This document shows, in pieces, positions 51,374-63,733 of a stretch of DNA of 64,000 nt; position 1 is the stretch's first letter, and the number at the start of each line of letters is the position of its first letter. The stretch is taken from the NCBI GenBank assembly GCA_009103225.1, contig RHPI01003256.1:8914-72913 (forward strand), read 5' to 3'. Position numbers and translations under genes: made by a program. Under the pieces are notes generated by a model, which was not told the DNA's origin, ran no database searches, and saw nothing but the letters and a program-made list of their open reading frames with translations. Source of the DNA: Chlorokybus atmophyticus. Its lineage: Eukaryota; Plantae; Mesostigma and Chlorokybus algae.

Positions 51374-52546
51374 GCTGCTAAATAGGCTGTGTAGGGGGCT
51401 GAAATTGGGGAGACATCGTGTTGTCGCTGAGGGACAAGCTGGTGGTGTTCTGTGCGCAAATGTAGGTGATATATAGAAGCGTATTTCTCAGGTGTAGAGA
51501 GATGTAGTTCGGTGCTAGTTCTGTCAAAAAATGGTACCATTCCTTGTGTTGTTGCAGTTTTGCACGCTGTCCACTCTCAGAGGATTCATGTGTGCCAACT
51601 TTGCCACGTCGCTGTTTGCGACTGTTGCCCGATTACACGGTGGGGAGTTCTGATGCTCAATAATACAAGATGTCATGGTCATCAACGGGGGGTCGCAGTT
51701 ACTGCCTCTGTGACATTGTTCGCGGTTGCAAATCATATCACAGACAAGGTAGAGGACTTGGTGTTGCTGTGGGGGGCGGCAAAGCTAAGCTTGGATAGCA
51801 ACAATACCACTGAACGTGTGTGGTGACTCACTACTGATGAGAGTGTGGTTGTATACAGTGTCTACGAAGGTAAACATTGAAGACAGTAATGAGAGTGTTG
51901 CACTGCACCAACCTCGTGGTTTGCTTGCCATGCTTGTCATTGTTGCAGCACAACTGTAGCATCGCACCAGTTGCATGGCGTACAAACAGCTGCAGGATTG
52001 TCTGCAAGCCCTCTCAGTTGCAAATGGGTGATGTCCCAACAACTGTCTCACCGTGCATTCCCACACATTAGCTAAGCGCTGATCTGGGCCCCCTCCCAGA
52101 TCTGAAATGCTATTGCGTGTGCTTCCTGTACCATTTGCACTTGCATCTCTCCGCTTGACATTCTAACTTGATGCCCAGCCTTGTGGTACGACAAGCAGCC
52201 AATCCACACACAACATGGACAGCTGCTGCTGTGCATGCTGGTCAATGCAGACCTCTTATTGGCGTACACACAGGGTCCAAACGAACATCAAGTGTATTCC
52301 AATTGTTTCATATCAAACTTAGCAGCGGAGCGCATACAGGCCGCTGTTTGAAAACTGCTGCAGGGTTGCCAAAACAGCTGGCGCGGCCGCTGCTCCAGTG
52401 CACACCACCCAACACCGTCCGCACGGTCTCAACAAGGCAGATGGAAGCGCTTGGGCAAAGGTAATGCCAACACAGATGTTGGTTGGTTGGACTGTGGGAG
52501 GTTATGAGAAGGAACTCTGCAGCAGTCAGCATGAGCTCGCTGAAGC

Positions 52547-55500
52547 CTATTCAACAATCTGCATGCGTACGCGCAGCCTCCTTGTGGTAGAGTTAAACTT
52601 GATAGAGCAGGACTCAGGGTCCACCTGTGAAACAATTATGCCATGAGATGCCTTTGATCAATGCATGTGAACCATCGGGAGGACACGCCACATAGTCACA
52701 TTACCTGATGGGGGAGCTGCACAGAAAGGGCGTATTTTCCCTCTGCGGTCATCTTGAACACGTCGCCGCTGAGCACCTCCGCAAAGATGTCTTTGGCTGT
52801 GGTGAGTAGTGGCAGCCATACAACGAGCTCGAGCCATGGCTGGCCTGAGGTGTGGCGCAGCTCATACGCGGGCTCGGCTGCCTCCGATCCCGCGCCGAGG
52901 CCCTCGATGACGGCGGCGGCCTCCTCGGTGATGCGCAGACGCGCCGTCAGCCGATGCGCGCCCTTGTCGAAGCTGATCGAGCAGCTGTCTGGGTCCACCG
53001 ACTGCGGGAGGCGCAGGTCCAGGGCGTAACGCCCGCCCACGTGGAGCTTGAACACGTCCCCATTGGCCACCTGAGTGACAACGACCGCATCAAACACAAC
53101 ATATCAGCGAAGCACGGCAGCAGCTTGTCGAGAAAACCAACCAAAGGGCGCGTGTGGCACATCACACATAGCCCTACACATGCACACCAACCAAGCGAAT
53201 GCACATGGCCTGAAATAAAAGATGGTAACGGGCGTCAACCCAATGACCCAGAAAAACGCACACACTGCTTACCTCGGCATCAATGTCACGTGCGGAGTTG
53301 AGCAGCGGGAGCCAGACAACCAGTTCCAGCCACGGCTGCCCGCCGCTGTGGCGCAACTCGTACGAGGGCTCCACCTCTCCTTCGGGTGGTGCAATGGCAA
53401 GACCTGATTGAATTACGCGGTCAATACAACAATAAAAAGACAAGAATCCTGACGGCCTGAGTGGCGAATACGTGTATAAACTACCTGCTGCTGCGGCTTC
53501 CTCATCGGTAAGGTTGCGGAGTCTGGCAGTTAGTCGGCGAAGGGTGGAGTCGAACCGGATCGAACAGCTGTCGGGATCGACGGGCTGCGGCAGCGCCAGC
53601 TTCAACAGGTACCGGCCGGGGACAGTGAGCTGGAATGTGTCACCACCCAGCACCTGCACAGACCACTGCATCAACATTGTGGCAGACCATGCAGCAGAGC
53701 AAGGATGGCAAGGATATGTACAATGCGAAGACAAGGCAATTGATTCAATGCGCTACGACACACACTCACCTCAGCATCGATGTCCCTAGCAGACGCCAGC
53801 AGCGGCATGTACACAACCAGCTCCATCCAGCCAGGCTCCGCAGCTTGCTTGAGTTCATACGCAGGTTCAACCTCTCCCCCTGTTGACAATCCAGCATAAT
53901 CAGCATCCAGGGCACACGCACTGTTTCCTGCAACATTTCTATAAGGAGAGGCCTCAAGCCACTGGTGGTTGGGCGTTCACACCTTCAACTGCGTTTGCTG
54001 CAAGGGGCCGGGCTCCCGCACCGGCTGCCGCCGTGCCAGCCACTGCGGCCGCAGCCGCTCCAGCGGGAGACAGGCCCGTGGCGGGGATGCGCTGATCCAC
54101 GCCATTCTGCTGAGGTATAGGACCCTTGCCTGGCAACTGGCCCTTCTCCATCTGGGACTGCTCCTTGTCGGTGACACTCTGACGATAAGCACGAGACAAT
54201 ACTCTTAATAACTGTGAATGTGAGCATGCACACAATGGAAGTAACACCATAGAAATGCGGTAGTCACCTGTTGCTTTGTGGCAACCCCGGCGGCTGTCCC
54301 CGCCCTGCGTGCCTTCTCAGCTGCAGCTGCCTGCTCGGCCTTTGAATCTGCACACGCAAACACACCTTGTTTCACTTGTTTACACCATCAGGGTGCATAC
54401 TGCTCCACCAACAACTATGCAAGGATGTGCACTGCAGTCGCAGTGTGACAAGCTTGCTAGGCGAAGAGTTGCCATGTAACAGCCATGACTTACTCTTTGC
54501 ACGGGAGCGGCGCTTGCAGCAGATACACAAACATAACAACAGCAAAATGGCCGCCGCGCCAACACCAGCAGCGACGCCAATGACAAGACCTTTGTGGCTG
54601 TCAATCCAACTCTTATTACCCGACGCAGCAGGAGCTGGAGCAGCTGCAATTGCAAGTAGTGTTAATAAGCATGCCCGCACACATGCATTGCAGTGAATGC
54701 TAAGTTATGACACAAAAGACGCGTGCACATGTCGGCAGACGCATACAGACACGCGCGCACACACACATAACTCACGTGTGGGATCTGCGAGTGCAGGCAC
54801 TGGGAAGGAAGTTTGTAGGGCAGTTACTTGACCATAGACGGGGTCCAGCTGGATCTGGTCTGCGGAGGCAAGCTTGCTTTGCAGAGCTGATAGGCGGCTC
54901 TGGTAAAACTGCGAGCCAGTGAGCGGCTTGACGGCAAAAAACACAATAATGCTGCCTGAGCGAGCAGCCAAAATGTCCACTTGCTTCGCATCCACGCTGA
55001 GATAGTTGGCCAGGCTTTGTCTAAAAGATTGCGCATTGTAATCATTAAAGCTGCCGCTCGTCGTCAAAGTGGCAATGATCGGTGGTGCGATGCAGTTGCA
55101 GTTGTCCAGCTGATTGACTTGATTCTGCTCACAGGCTGTGCAACCTGCACAACACCACAATAATCACAAACACTCTTGCCACCGACGACGTAGTCACTAT
55201 GTATCAACGGCAAAAGCCAACATGAGCAACTCCACACGTGGAAATGGAACTTCATTGCAAGAAGCGACGACATACCGCTGGGTGGTGGTGTAGCGCCACC
55301 AGTATTAGCCGGCGGAGGTGGGCTGGTGGGCGGTGAGGTGGTCGGGCCGGGAGCCGTATTGTCTACGAGGACACGTGTCGCGCGTGCAGCCTGCAGTAGT
55401 CAATAGCGATGTTGGTGCTAGATTTTGGTAAACAACTTATTGGACGCATGTTTTCAATATGGCACAAAACCTAACAGCAGTCGGTTGCAACAACAATATA

Positions 55501-56198
55501 CTGCACAATGCAGTGCAACGCAAGGCAATGCCAGTTGTGCGTGAGTGGACCGATGCGAGAAACCGCACGGCTCATGAGTGGCACAGAAAGTAGCTGTACC
55601 TCAACTGTGCCGTGCATTCAAGAGCAGATGACGATGCTATGAAGCCAGCACTGACGCACAAGGAAAAAACAAGGACCTTGCGATGTAACAACCAAGAGCA
55701 GCATTGGACTGGGAAATGGCATGAATGAAGATAGGTGAAAGTGCCACTTACAGGGTTGTATGCGTTGAGTGCGCAGTCATTCTCGGCGAGGAGGATATTG
55801 GAGGGTGTGGCTTCAACGAGTGATGCGCAGTCGTCAACCTCCAGGAAGGCGGCGGTGGTGTATGCGATCCACTGCTTGCCAGCAAGAGCTTCCTCTACGC
55901 AGGCGGAGTCCTCCACGTCCACCACCCTCACCGTGGCGCGGTACCTATCCTGCCCCGCCTCACCCCTGATCGGCACAGGCAAGCTGAACACCAGCACACC
56001 TGTCGCCTCGTCGTAGCTAGCCACCTCCCCGTAGAACACCACGTCATGCCGGCTGCACCGCCCGCCGCCCGCACTTCCACCACCCGCCGCCTCTAGCCCA
56101 GGAACCTGCAGCAGCAGCAACGCCACGCCTACAGCCAGCAACGCCAGCAGCGCCGAGGACCCCATGGCTACAGGCCCTCTGCCCCGCATCTTCAGCAT
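52547..56198 (-). CDS. Type I membrane receptor-like protein, 736 aa: SP, TIMP/NTR-like, Pro/Thr stalk, SEA-like, TM, 3 x PIH1-type CS; exons 56198-55752, 55390-55276, 55144-54776, 54643-54494, 54347-54268, 54178-53983, 53879-53770, 53653-53485, 53403-53273, 53070-52705, 52624-52547
   Basis: Ten GT-AG introns with mutually consistent phases give one 2211-nt ORF ending in TAG. Hydrophobic signal LLALLAVGVALLLL. TM GLVIGVAAGVGAAAILLLLCLCICC followed by KRR. Three repeats of P.YEL...WLELVVWLPLL.SA.DI.AEV...D.F.L...G.Y.L.L.LP..VDP.SCSI.F.....RL..RL. Alternative ATGs at 56189 and 56165. Confidence 0.85.
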
Positions 56199-57299
56199 CG
56201 TCCTCGTCCTCCCCCTCGTCCTCCCCGCCGCCGGCGCCGTCTGGGCCAGGCAGGCAGGTTTCTTGCTGGCCAGGCCTGCGGCTGGCACTACCACGTAATG
56301 GCACCCATGGCTAGCTGCTACTACACTCCTCCAGCAGCTACCTCGGCCCCCACTCTCCCTCCTTCCCACCCACCCCCAACCACCCCGGCGACAACACCAG
56401 CCACGACGAGGCAGCGGCAACGGCGGCGGCGGCGGCGAGCGCGCACAGGCGCCAGGTGTCACGTTTCAAACCAGCTTTAGCGCCGGTCTCTCGTCATCGT
56501 CATCAACAACGAAATTTACGCGCCAACAGCAGGGCCCGAAATGGTTTTCAGAAAAAGGAACCTTATCAATGAGGCGAACAAAAAATGACGCCATCTGAGC
56601 CATCTGCGGCGGGGCCTGCAGGCCAGGGAAGATCGGGTGACCGATTCTGGCAGGCCAGGTCGACTAACCACCGTCATCACTTACTTACCTTCCGTCAAAG
56701 GGTGGTTGCTGGGCAAACACAACCATATCATAACGTGTGTATATGAGCGCGGCGCGTTAGGTGGCCGGAGACGGGCCGATGGACGGAGCCCCTGTGGACG
56801 GAGCGACACGTCCAACGCCCGCAGTTTCGACGGATCAAAGGGCGGACGCTCCTTTTATCTTTGTGAGAACTGACAATTGCGTACTTAGGTAATGGTTGGT
56901 GCCCTGATGCACAAGAGTTTCCCAGCTTAGCATGTGAGCAAAGGCAGCTTGAAGTCATGCTTAAATCACGCTTGATCAGGTGACGGTGCAAACAAAGCAC
57001 TTATGTAGCTGGCGAACTTGTAACGCTGCTTGTGCATTATGGTACGAACACAGATTATACACGGTATTTTTAACATGCATTCATGAGCGTATATACCTAT
57101 TATGAGTTATGGTTATCCACATTTCACAATATACTTGAAGCAATTTTAATGTTATTGATTCATGTATGCCGCATGCTTGCACACAGTCGCATAATGTCTC
57201 GTACAGCTTGTTGCTGGAATCCGATGCTACTTGCAAACTACTGGTACTTAGCAACTGGTTTTTCAAACTTGTAGGGGAAAATGGGTATGAGGGTGTGTC

Positions 57300-60200
57300 C
57301 TAATCAGGGTTGGCTGCATAGAGTTCTCGTGCCATACGTGTGCGTTGTGTGGCCTGTCGTGACAACCATGCGCGCCACCATGGCACTCCGAAGCATCCGA
57401 CGGGTGGCATGGGCTCCATCACCAAAAAGGCCATAGTCAGCGTATGTGCGCTCATGTATGGTTCCACCCCTAGCTCCACTCCAAATAGTGCCATGAATGG
57501 TACCATGGGTTCAAGGAGGAAGGCTGTGTCCGAGCCGGTGTAATCTTGCAATTGGTGCATCAGTAACGCACATTCTTCACGCTCAGCGTCTTTTTCTCCT
57601 TATGGCAGCCTTGCATCAGGCAAGTCCACCATCACATCAGTGAAGAACAGCTCGATCCATAACGGTCGTCTCATCGGTGCTAGTATTTGCCCGCGTATCT
57701 GCATCTGGTCTGACGCAAAGTGAATGGGGCCTACAACATCCGATAGCATGGGATGACACGTAGTGTAAAGGGGGGGCTGCGCTCCAGCAACTGGTGTGCA
57801 TGTGTCTCCGTCATGTTTGCCATCTGCAGGGCTGCATCTCGTACCAACACTGCCCCCCCTATGAAGCATGTGTAACTGGAAGTGCTCCTTCAGCTTGTCC
57901 ATGTTCTTGGTGGGTGATAAGCGGTGCCATGGGTATCCTTGTCATCTCTTTCAACACCCTCTGCTGTCGTGCCGCGGTCACCACTCCATTACCCCACAGA
58001 CAGTACTTCATCAAGTGGTCATAGTTGCACGTGAACCGCACACGTCATACAGCTATGGCACGTGGTGCTTCCACCTTTGCTGCCTGCAGGTAGCGTGCCC
58101 TTTCCTCGTCAAGCGGCGCGTAGACTCTAACCCCCCTGATGCCAATTCAATAATGCTTGAGCTGCGGGTATGTTGCACCAGGCTTCTTCCATCTGCACCT
58201 CTGGTGGTCCCCCTCCATATGTGTTAAAGAGTAGTACCAGCGTAGTCAGCCACATGTTCTTCCACATCCTGCCATCGCCGCAGTTGTGGTGGCTGCCAAT
58301 ATACTGCTTGAGTAAGCAACCGCAGCAGATCCAACCGTGAATGTGCCCCCCATCGTGCTATTGTCTGCCTGTCCAGCGAATGCAGCCGCTCTTCCGTTTA
58401 TGCTTCTTGTAGCAAATAAGATGACCCACCGCAAGGTGTCCAGCACTGCCTCTAGATCAGGATCAGTAGCCCGTCTTATGTCTCTCCCCAAGAATGCCGT
58501 GACCCTTGCTAATTCTCATAGTATGAGAATGTGCAGCTAACGCGTGACGTACAAGTATTGTGGGAATCAATCGATCCACCCCGCATACATCGGTGCAAAA
58601 AGTTGTAGTGGATTGACCTCGTGTGGTGCAATCTCAAAGCCCACCTGAGGTGGTTCGCACGAAGCTGCGGCTAGCTGAGGAGGCTGTTCCCCTAATTCTT
58701 CAGTCTCTTCCTTTAAGCTTTCCTCAGCTTCCATGGCTGCTACCCACCGTGGTGCTCCCTCTTCTGATTCTCCCTCAGCCTCTGCTTCGAAGAGCAGCGT
58801 ACCCCAAATACTGAGGTTTAAGAAATTGCAGTTGCTGCTGCAGTTAAGCCACCATGGCACGTGACTCCTTCAGCTCCAGAGTCAGGTTGTTTTGCACAAG
58901 GTGTTGAGCGACGGCGGCAAGTTTGGTTCCCCCCTCGTCCTCGCCCCATGGCCGGTGTTCGATGTCCACAAGGCCCACCTGAGGGTGGCTGACCCCCCCT
59001 TCCCTTAGTTGTGGTCTCAGCGCAGGCCTCTTGGCATAGCACACGGCTTCAATGTGTCCTTGCTTGTCATAAAAGGTCACCTGTGGTGTACGCTACACCG
59101 TAAGGTGTCTCGTGTGCGATTGCATTCTCTAGCAAAGTGGCCTTGGCCTCCATACTTGTGATAGGCTGCTGCAGTTATGGCCACATGCGCAACATGCGTT
59201 GGTTGGCGGTGTTGCTGAGGCCGCTGTGAGCGGCCTCCCTCGTGACGCTCCCCATGCAAGGCTGGCACTGTATCCTTATCCTTGGAACCTCCCCGATTCA
59301 ACTCAAGGATGGTTCTCCTATATTCCAGCTTCTGCTGGACTGCTTCATCTGCCTCAAGTGCTGCTCTCAACGAGTAATGCCCCCCCCCGACCGCGCTCTN
59401 NNNNNNNNNNNNNNNNNNNNNNNNNNNNNNNNNNNNNNNNNNNNNNNNNNNNNNNNNNNNNNNNNNNNNNNNNNNNNNNNNNNNNNNNNNNNNNNNNNNN
59501 NNNNNNNNNCCCCCCCCCGATTGCCTGTCTGCAACATGGTTTTCACCTCTTGTTTAAGAGCGCGGTCGGGGTGGGACATGTAGATGATAGATGCTGCCTC
59601 CTCTTGCAGAATGCGATAGTCTGTGTCTTGCAACAAGTGCATCATGCGACTATACATCACTCGTGGGCTTTCTTGAGGCCTTCGCCTAAAGTTGGTCTGC
59701 TTCCTAATCTTGTTAGGGTTGATGGTGGAAAATCCTTCCGCAACCTCTCCCACAGCTCCACTATTAAGCCTGTAGGGTGTATGGCTGTTGGTGTCAGAGG
59801 TAGTGGTGGTGCTACACAGTTGTTCCCTCCTGCTGGCGGATTCACAACAGCTCCCCCTCCCATGGTTGTGATGCTGTCTGTGCCAGTGGCGGTTGTTGTT
59901 GTTGCTGAGCCTTTGCTGTGAATGCTACCAATGCTGCTGCAGCTCGTGCAATCTCCTTCCTTTTACTGCAATCATAATTCACCCGCTAATTGTCAAAGGC
60001 TTCATGCTTGAGGTACTTGGCAATGAATTGAAATGCCTATTTATCCCCCATTCATGGGATGCGTGCCTCCCAGCGTAAAGTCTCCGCAGCAAACTTCACT
60101 TTGAACTCCTCTAAAGACAAGGTGCCATGCCTTCCGCTGAATCTCAGCCCATGGAATAGGGGAATGTCCTCGACTTGTGCTCCTCTGGTTGCCATCCCTT

Positions 60201-60380
60201 CAGGGTCCTGGAACTAGTGTTGAATCCGTCGGCTTTCTGTTTGTTGCTCTTGCAGCTCTGGTGCTATGGTGGTTAAAGAGTCCCTCTTTTTGATAGTGGA
60301 GGATGAACTTCTCTCCCCGTAGCAAGTACTTAACCTCTGAGGTCACTGAGTCAGTGGTGGCATTCACCCTGCGGTGTTAA
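57300..60380 (-). mobile_element. Second, more decayed gag-protease retroelement related to 7504-14852
   Basis: LSLEEFKVKFAAETLRWEAR vs LELQDFKDKFECRMISWSAR. ESPRVMYSRMMHLLQDT vs PRMMYTRMVKLLEDT. Eroded knuckles GQGHFAREC and KQGHIEAVCYAKRPALR. IELASGGLE vs LKTAGGGVE. Boundaries approximate. Confidence 0.75.
59400..59509. other. Assembly gap (110 N); single Ns also at 23859 and 36948
   Basis: Direct reading. Confidence 0.99.
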
Positions 60381-62800
60381 CTACCACACATGCGTTTTCT
60401 CTGTAGGAGTGAGACAGCAAGTCAACAGGCTGCATGCAATTTGAATAGATGTATCAATTAGATTGCCAGCATGTGAACTTGCACAAGAGAGACAACGGCA
60501 TGCGCACACTGAATGATGAGAAATAACAACTAATGCAGCTAAGGGATCAATTGCACAGCGCAAGCAGTTAAGCACAAGTATAAGTAACAATGGTGCGCAT
60601 GTGCGTGAATACACTCGAGCAAAGCCAACATGCATACCCAAGCACAGAAGGATTAAACTTACGGTATGGCATAACAACGGTCACTCCGGTTTCACTTGAA
60701 CACTTGCTTTTACACCAAAGAACTATACATTTGCACATAATATAGATATACTCGAGCTAGCTACTGACAGTCACATAAGCAATCGTTAGGCTAAAAATCT
60801 GTAACGCCACGGCCGTACTTCTTTGATGCCTCCCGCTCTTCCATGCGCCTATTCAGCTGCGTGCCGAGTTTCCCGCTATAATGTCTGCGGGCTTGTGCTC
60901 TGGACAGTCCGCCATGTTGGCGGCGCTTGGCCTCCCTCCGCCTGCCACGTTGTGCCATTGATGCAGTCCCTCGGGATCGACTACTGCGGTCGATATATGC
61001 TTGTAACAAATGAGTGTGCACAGCCTATAAGAATCAGTCGAGGTTGTTAGGTATTGAGGGTCCCTCGCATGACACGGTGCAGAGGAAGGGAGGGGTTGAG
61101 CGGGTACGGGAGGCCATGGTCAAGCGGCAACACCAAGATGAGCACAAGACGGTGAACATCAAAGTGCAAAGTTGCGTTCAGTCAATGCCCCAAACGCTGT
61201 AAATGGCGCAGAAGGAGGGCAACCGAAACAGATATATAAACCTTGAAGCCATCAGCTATGTTGTAAGACTAGCTTCTTATATGTACAACAAAAAGCAGCT
61301 ATGTTGTTGGGTTCCTTCCATCAATATCAATATCAACATCAACAAGCCATATTGCAGTAAGCTGTTTCAACTTACTCCTGCCTTAGAGTTGCTAATCGCG
61401 CGCAAAACTTGCATGTCAAAACATGTCAAGCAGAACAATGTATGCTTAATCTTGCGCAACATGCAACATAAAAACAGCTTGCACGATTAGCGGTGTTCTG
61501 CAAGGAGGCCTTGAGCGAAGGCAAAACAACTGATTGCGGGCATACTTATAATCATTGCCCCTTCTAAGTTGAACGAAAAGTGCACCCAACTTAGCAGACA
61601 CTTGCTAGCTTTGGATTTGTTAATAACACACAATAGCATAGTCAGGAGCATGAAACAACCGCACAAATTCTGAACCTGAAAACCAGACGCATACTGCAAG
61701 CATGCAACCTGGGCATCAAGGCCTTACGCACGAGGCTGCCCCAGCATTTAGCCCCAACAAATGTGTGACAAGGGCACAGGGAAGGACACGGAGGTTTTAC
61801 GCACAGGACTACCTCAGGGTACTGCCTCAACAAACTTGTGACAAACCCACAAGGATGGACACCGAGGCCTTGTACACGGGGCTGCCCTAGCACATTCAGC
61901 ACCACACGCACGCACGCACGCACGCGCGAATGCATTTATCTGCGAGTGTCGTCCGCCGCTGACCCACACCGCCACGACAACCTTGTAGATCAGCAAGATT
62001 CAAAGTCCCGACTCGACGACTAAGTATTGAAATAATGCCATTGCGGCAAATGCAACTTGTGGGACATTAATAGACCATGTACAAAGCCTTGGTTGTATTG
62101 CCACCATTGCAGTCGTCGATGCAATGCTGCTGACTGATCGCACATGGCACACGGGCATACATACGTACATGCAAGGATATATGTACATAGGCCGCGGTCA
62201 CTGCTTGCCAAGGTCACTGCTGAATGAACCTGGTGCGCGGCCAGCACCGCTACGACAGACTAAACCTGCACATAATTGTACATTGCAATGCATGTACGCA
62301 GTGTCACTGAGTAGCTGCATGGGCCAAGGTCCATCCACAATAGGTATGATCTACCCTGCGGGTATCATATCGCCCACAACACATCCCAATGCCAGGCTTC
62401 AGCGAACTAACACCCGATTGATGTCGCTCGGCGTTGGCGGCCAACGGGATCGGGCACAGGGTCGGGCGGCTCCACCAGGCTGGTGACTCTCCCGTGTTGC
62501 ACAGATACATTTTATTGCACGTGACCGCCAGTGGACCCCTGACGAAGGTGCATACAGCGAAAGAGCCACAGTCGTTGCAACCATGCATTGATACAGCCCA
62601 GCCAGTAAAAGGGCATTGCTTATACTCGCCACCAATGCGCACGCGACCTAACTATTACAGAACCTTCCTCCGGGGCAGGCCCACGTAGAAGAGTTCATTG
62701 GTCGTATTGGGACTCACGCATGGCAAAGCTTGGAGCGTCTTTGAACACTTTGCCAACGCTCGTGGATGCTGACATGACGTGCACGTGCACGTGCACGAAC

Positions 62801-63126
62801 GCATGAGAATGTTCACGGGCTTGCAATTGAAGGAACCGAAAACTTGAACATCACGACAAGCAACCACACAACCCACCCACCCACCCACCCATGCAGATAC
62901 AGACACCGGCACATGCACAGACGTGCAAGCAAGCAAGCAAACCAAGCAATCGCACCTGAGCGCACGTGATGACTGCACGTGCATGCATGCTTGCATGAGA
63001 ATGTTCACGGGCTTGCAATTGAGGGAAACTTGCACATTAAAACAAGCAACCACACAAGCCCCACCCACCCACCCACCCACATGCACACACAGACACATGC
63101 ACAGACGTTGAGGCAAGCAACCAAAC
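62801..63126. repeat. Diverged tandem duplication, period about 192 bp
   Basis: GCATGAGAATGTTCACGGGCTTGCAATTGA at 62801 and 62993, each followed by CAAGCAACCACACAA and (CCAC)n. Confidence 0.9.
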
Positions 63127-63265
63127 CTGTCACAGCCCACTCGACCACAAAAGACTTGGTGCTTTTATGGTCGATTTGTGGTAATTTGAAGTACCTTCCC
63201 GTTACATTCCCCCCCACTTAAGAACGCTGACGTCCTCGGCAGCTGCCCGGTCAGCTGGGGAATTA

Positions 63266-63733
63266 CAGTCTACCCCCGTTATAAGAATCACGTTTATCTT
63301 TCAACTTTTCATTCCACTAACGGGGTTATTCTCTTGGCGCTTATAAGACTATATATTCTTTTATCGTTTGAAGAATATATATTCTGTTAATGGGGGTATC
63401 GACCGATAACCTCAAGCCACGTCATCATTTGCTGACATGGCAAAATTCAGATTCATATGTCCTATATAAACCATACAATACAATATTTGAACTTAATGAT
63501 TTACCTTATATAATTACTCTAATATCAACAAGACAATCATGCTATTAACAAGGTATTCCCCCGTTACAAGACTGAGCCCACTTAAATTTTCAAGCCTTCT
63601 CTTTAGTCTTATTACGTACAAGACTATTCCACTAACCGAAAATATTTGCCTGTAAAACCATTGGTCTTTTCGTAATCCATGATCTTAGCGGGGTTATTCC
63701 CTTAAAGCGAAGTCTTTTAACGGGGGTAGACTG
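63266..63733. mobile_element. 468-bp MITE, Tc1/mariner (pogo-like) type
   Basis: TIR CAGTCTACCCCCGTTA (16 bp perfect, about 23 bp with 2 mismatches). TA on both flanks (63264-63265, 63734-63735). AT-rich non-coding interior with subterminal CGGGGTTATTC and ATTCCACTAAC repeats. Confidence 0.92.

Noticed and set aside
51362-51385. 12-bp tandem GCTGCTAAATAG x2 at the GIY-YIG stop codon
   Set aside because: A simple slippage duplication or footprint with no effect on the protein.
59385-59571. 15-bp inverted match CCCCGACCGCGCTCT flanking the N gap
   Set aside because: One arm abuts a gap and C homopolymers; most likely an assembly extension artefact.
61702-61890. Penelope-like RT motif (MDTEALYTGLP resembling DVxSLYTxIP)
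   Set aside because: The segment is one unit of a local diverged direct repeat, is followed at once by a stop, and no other RT motifs (YxDD) are nearby.
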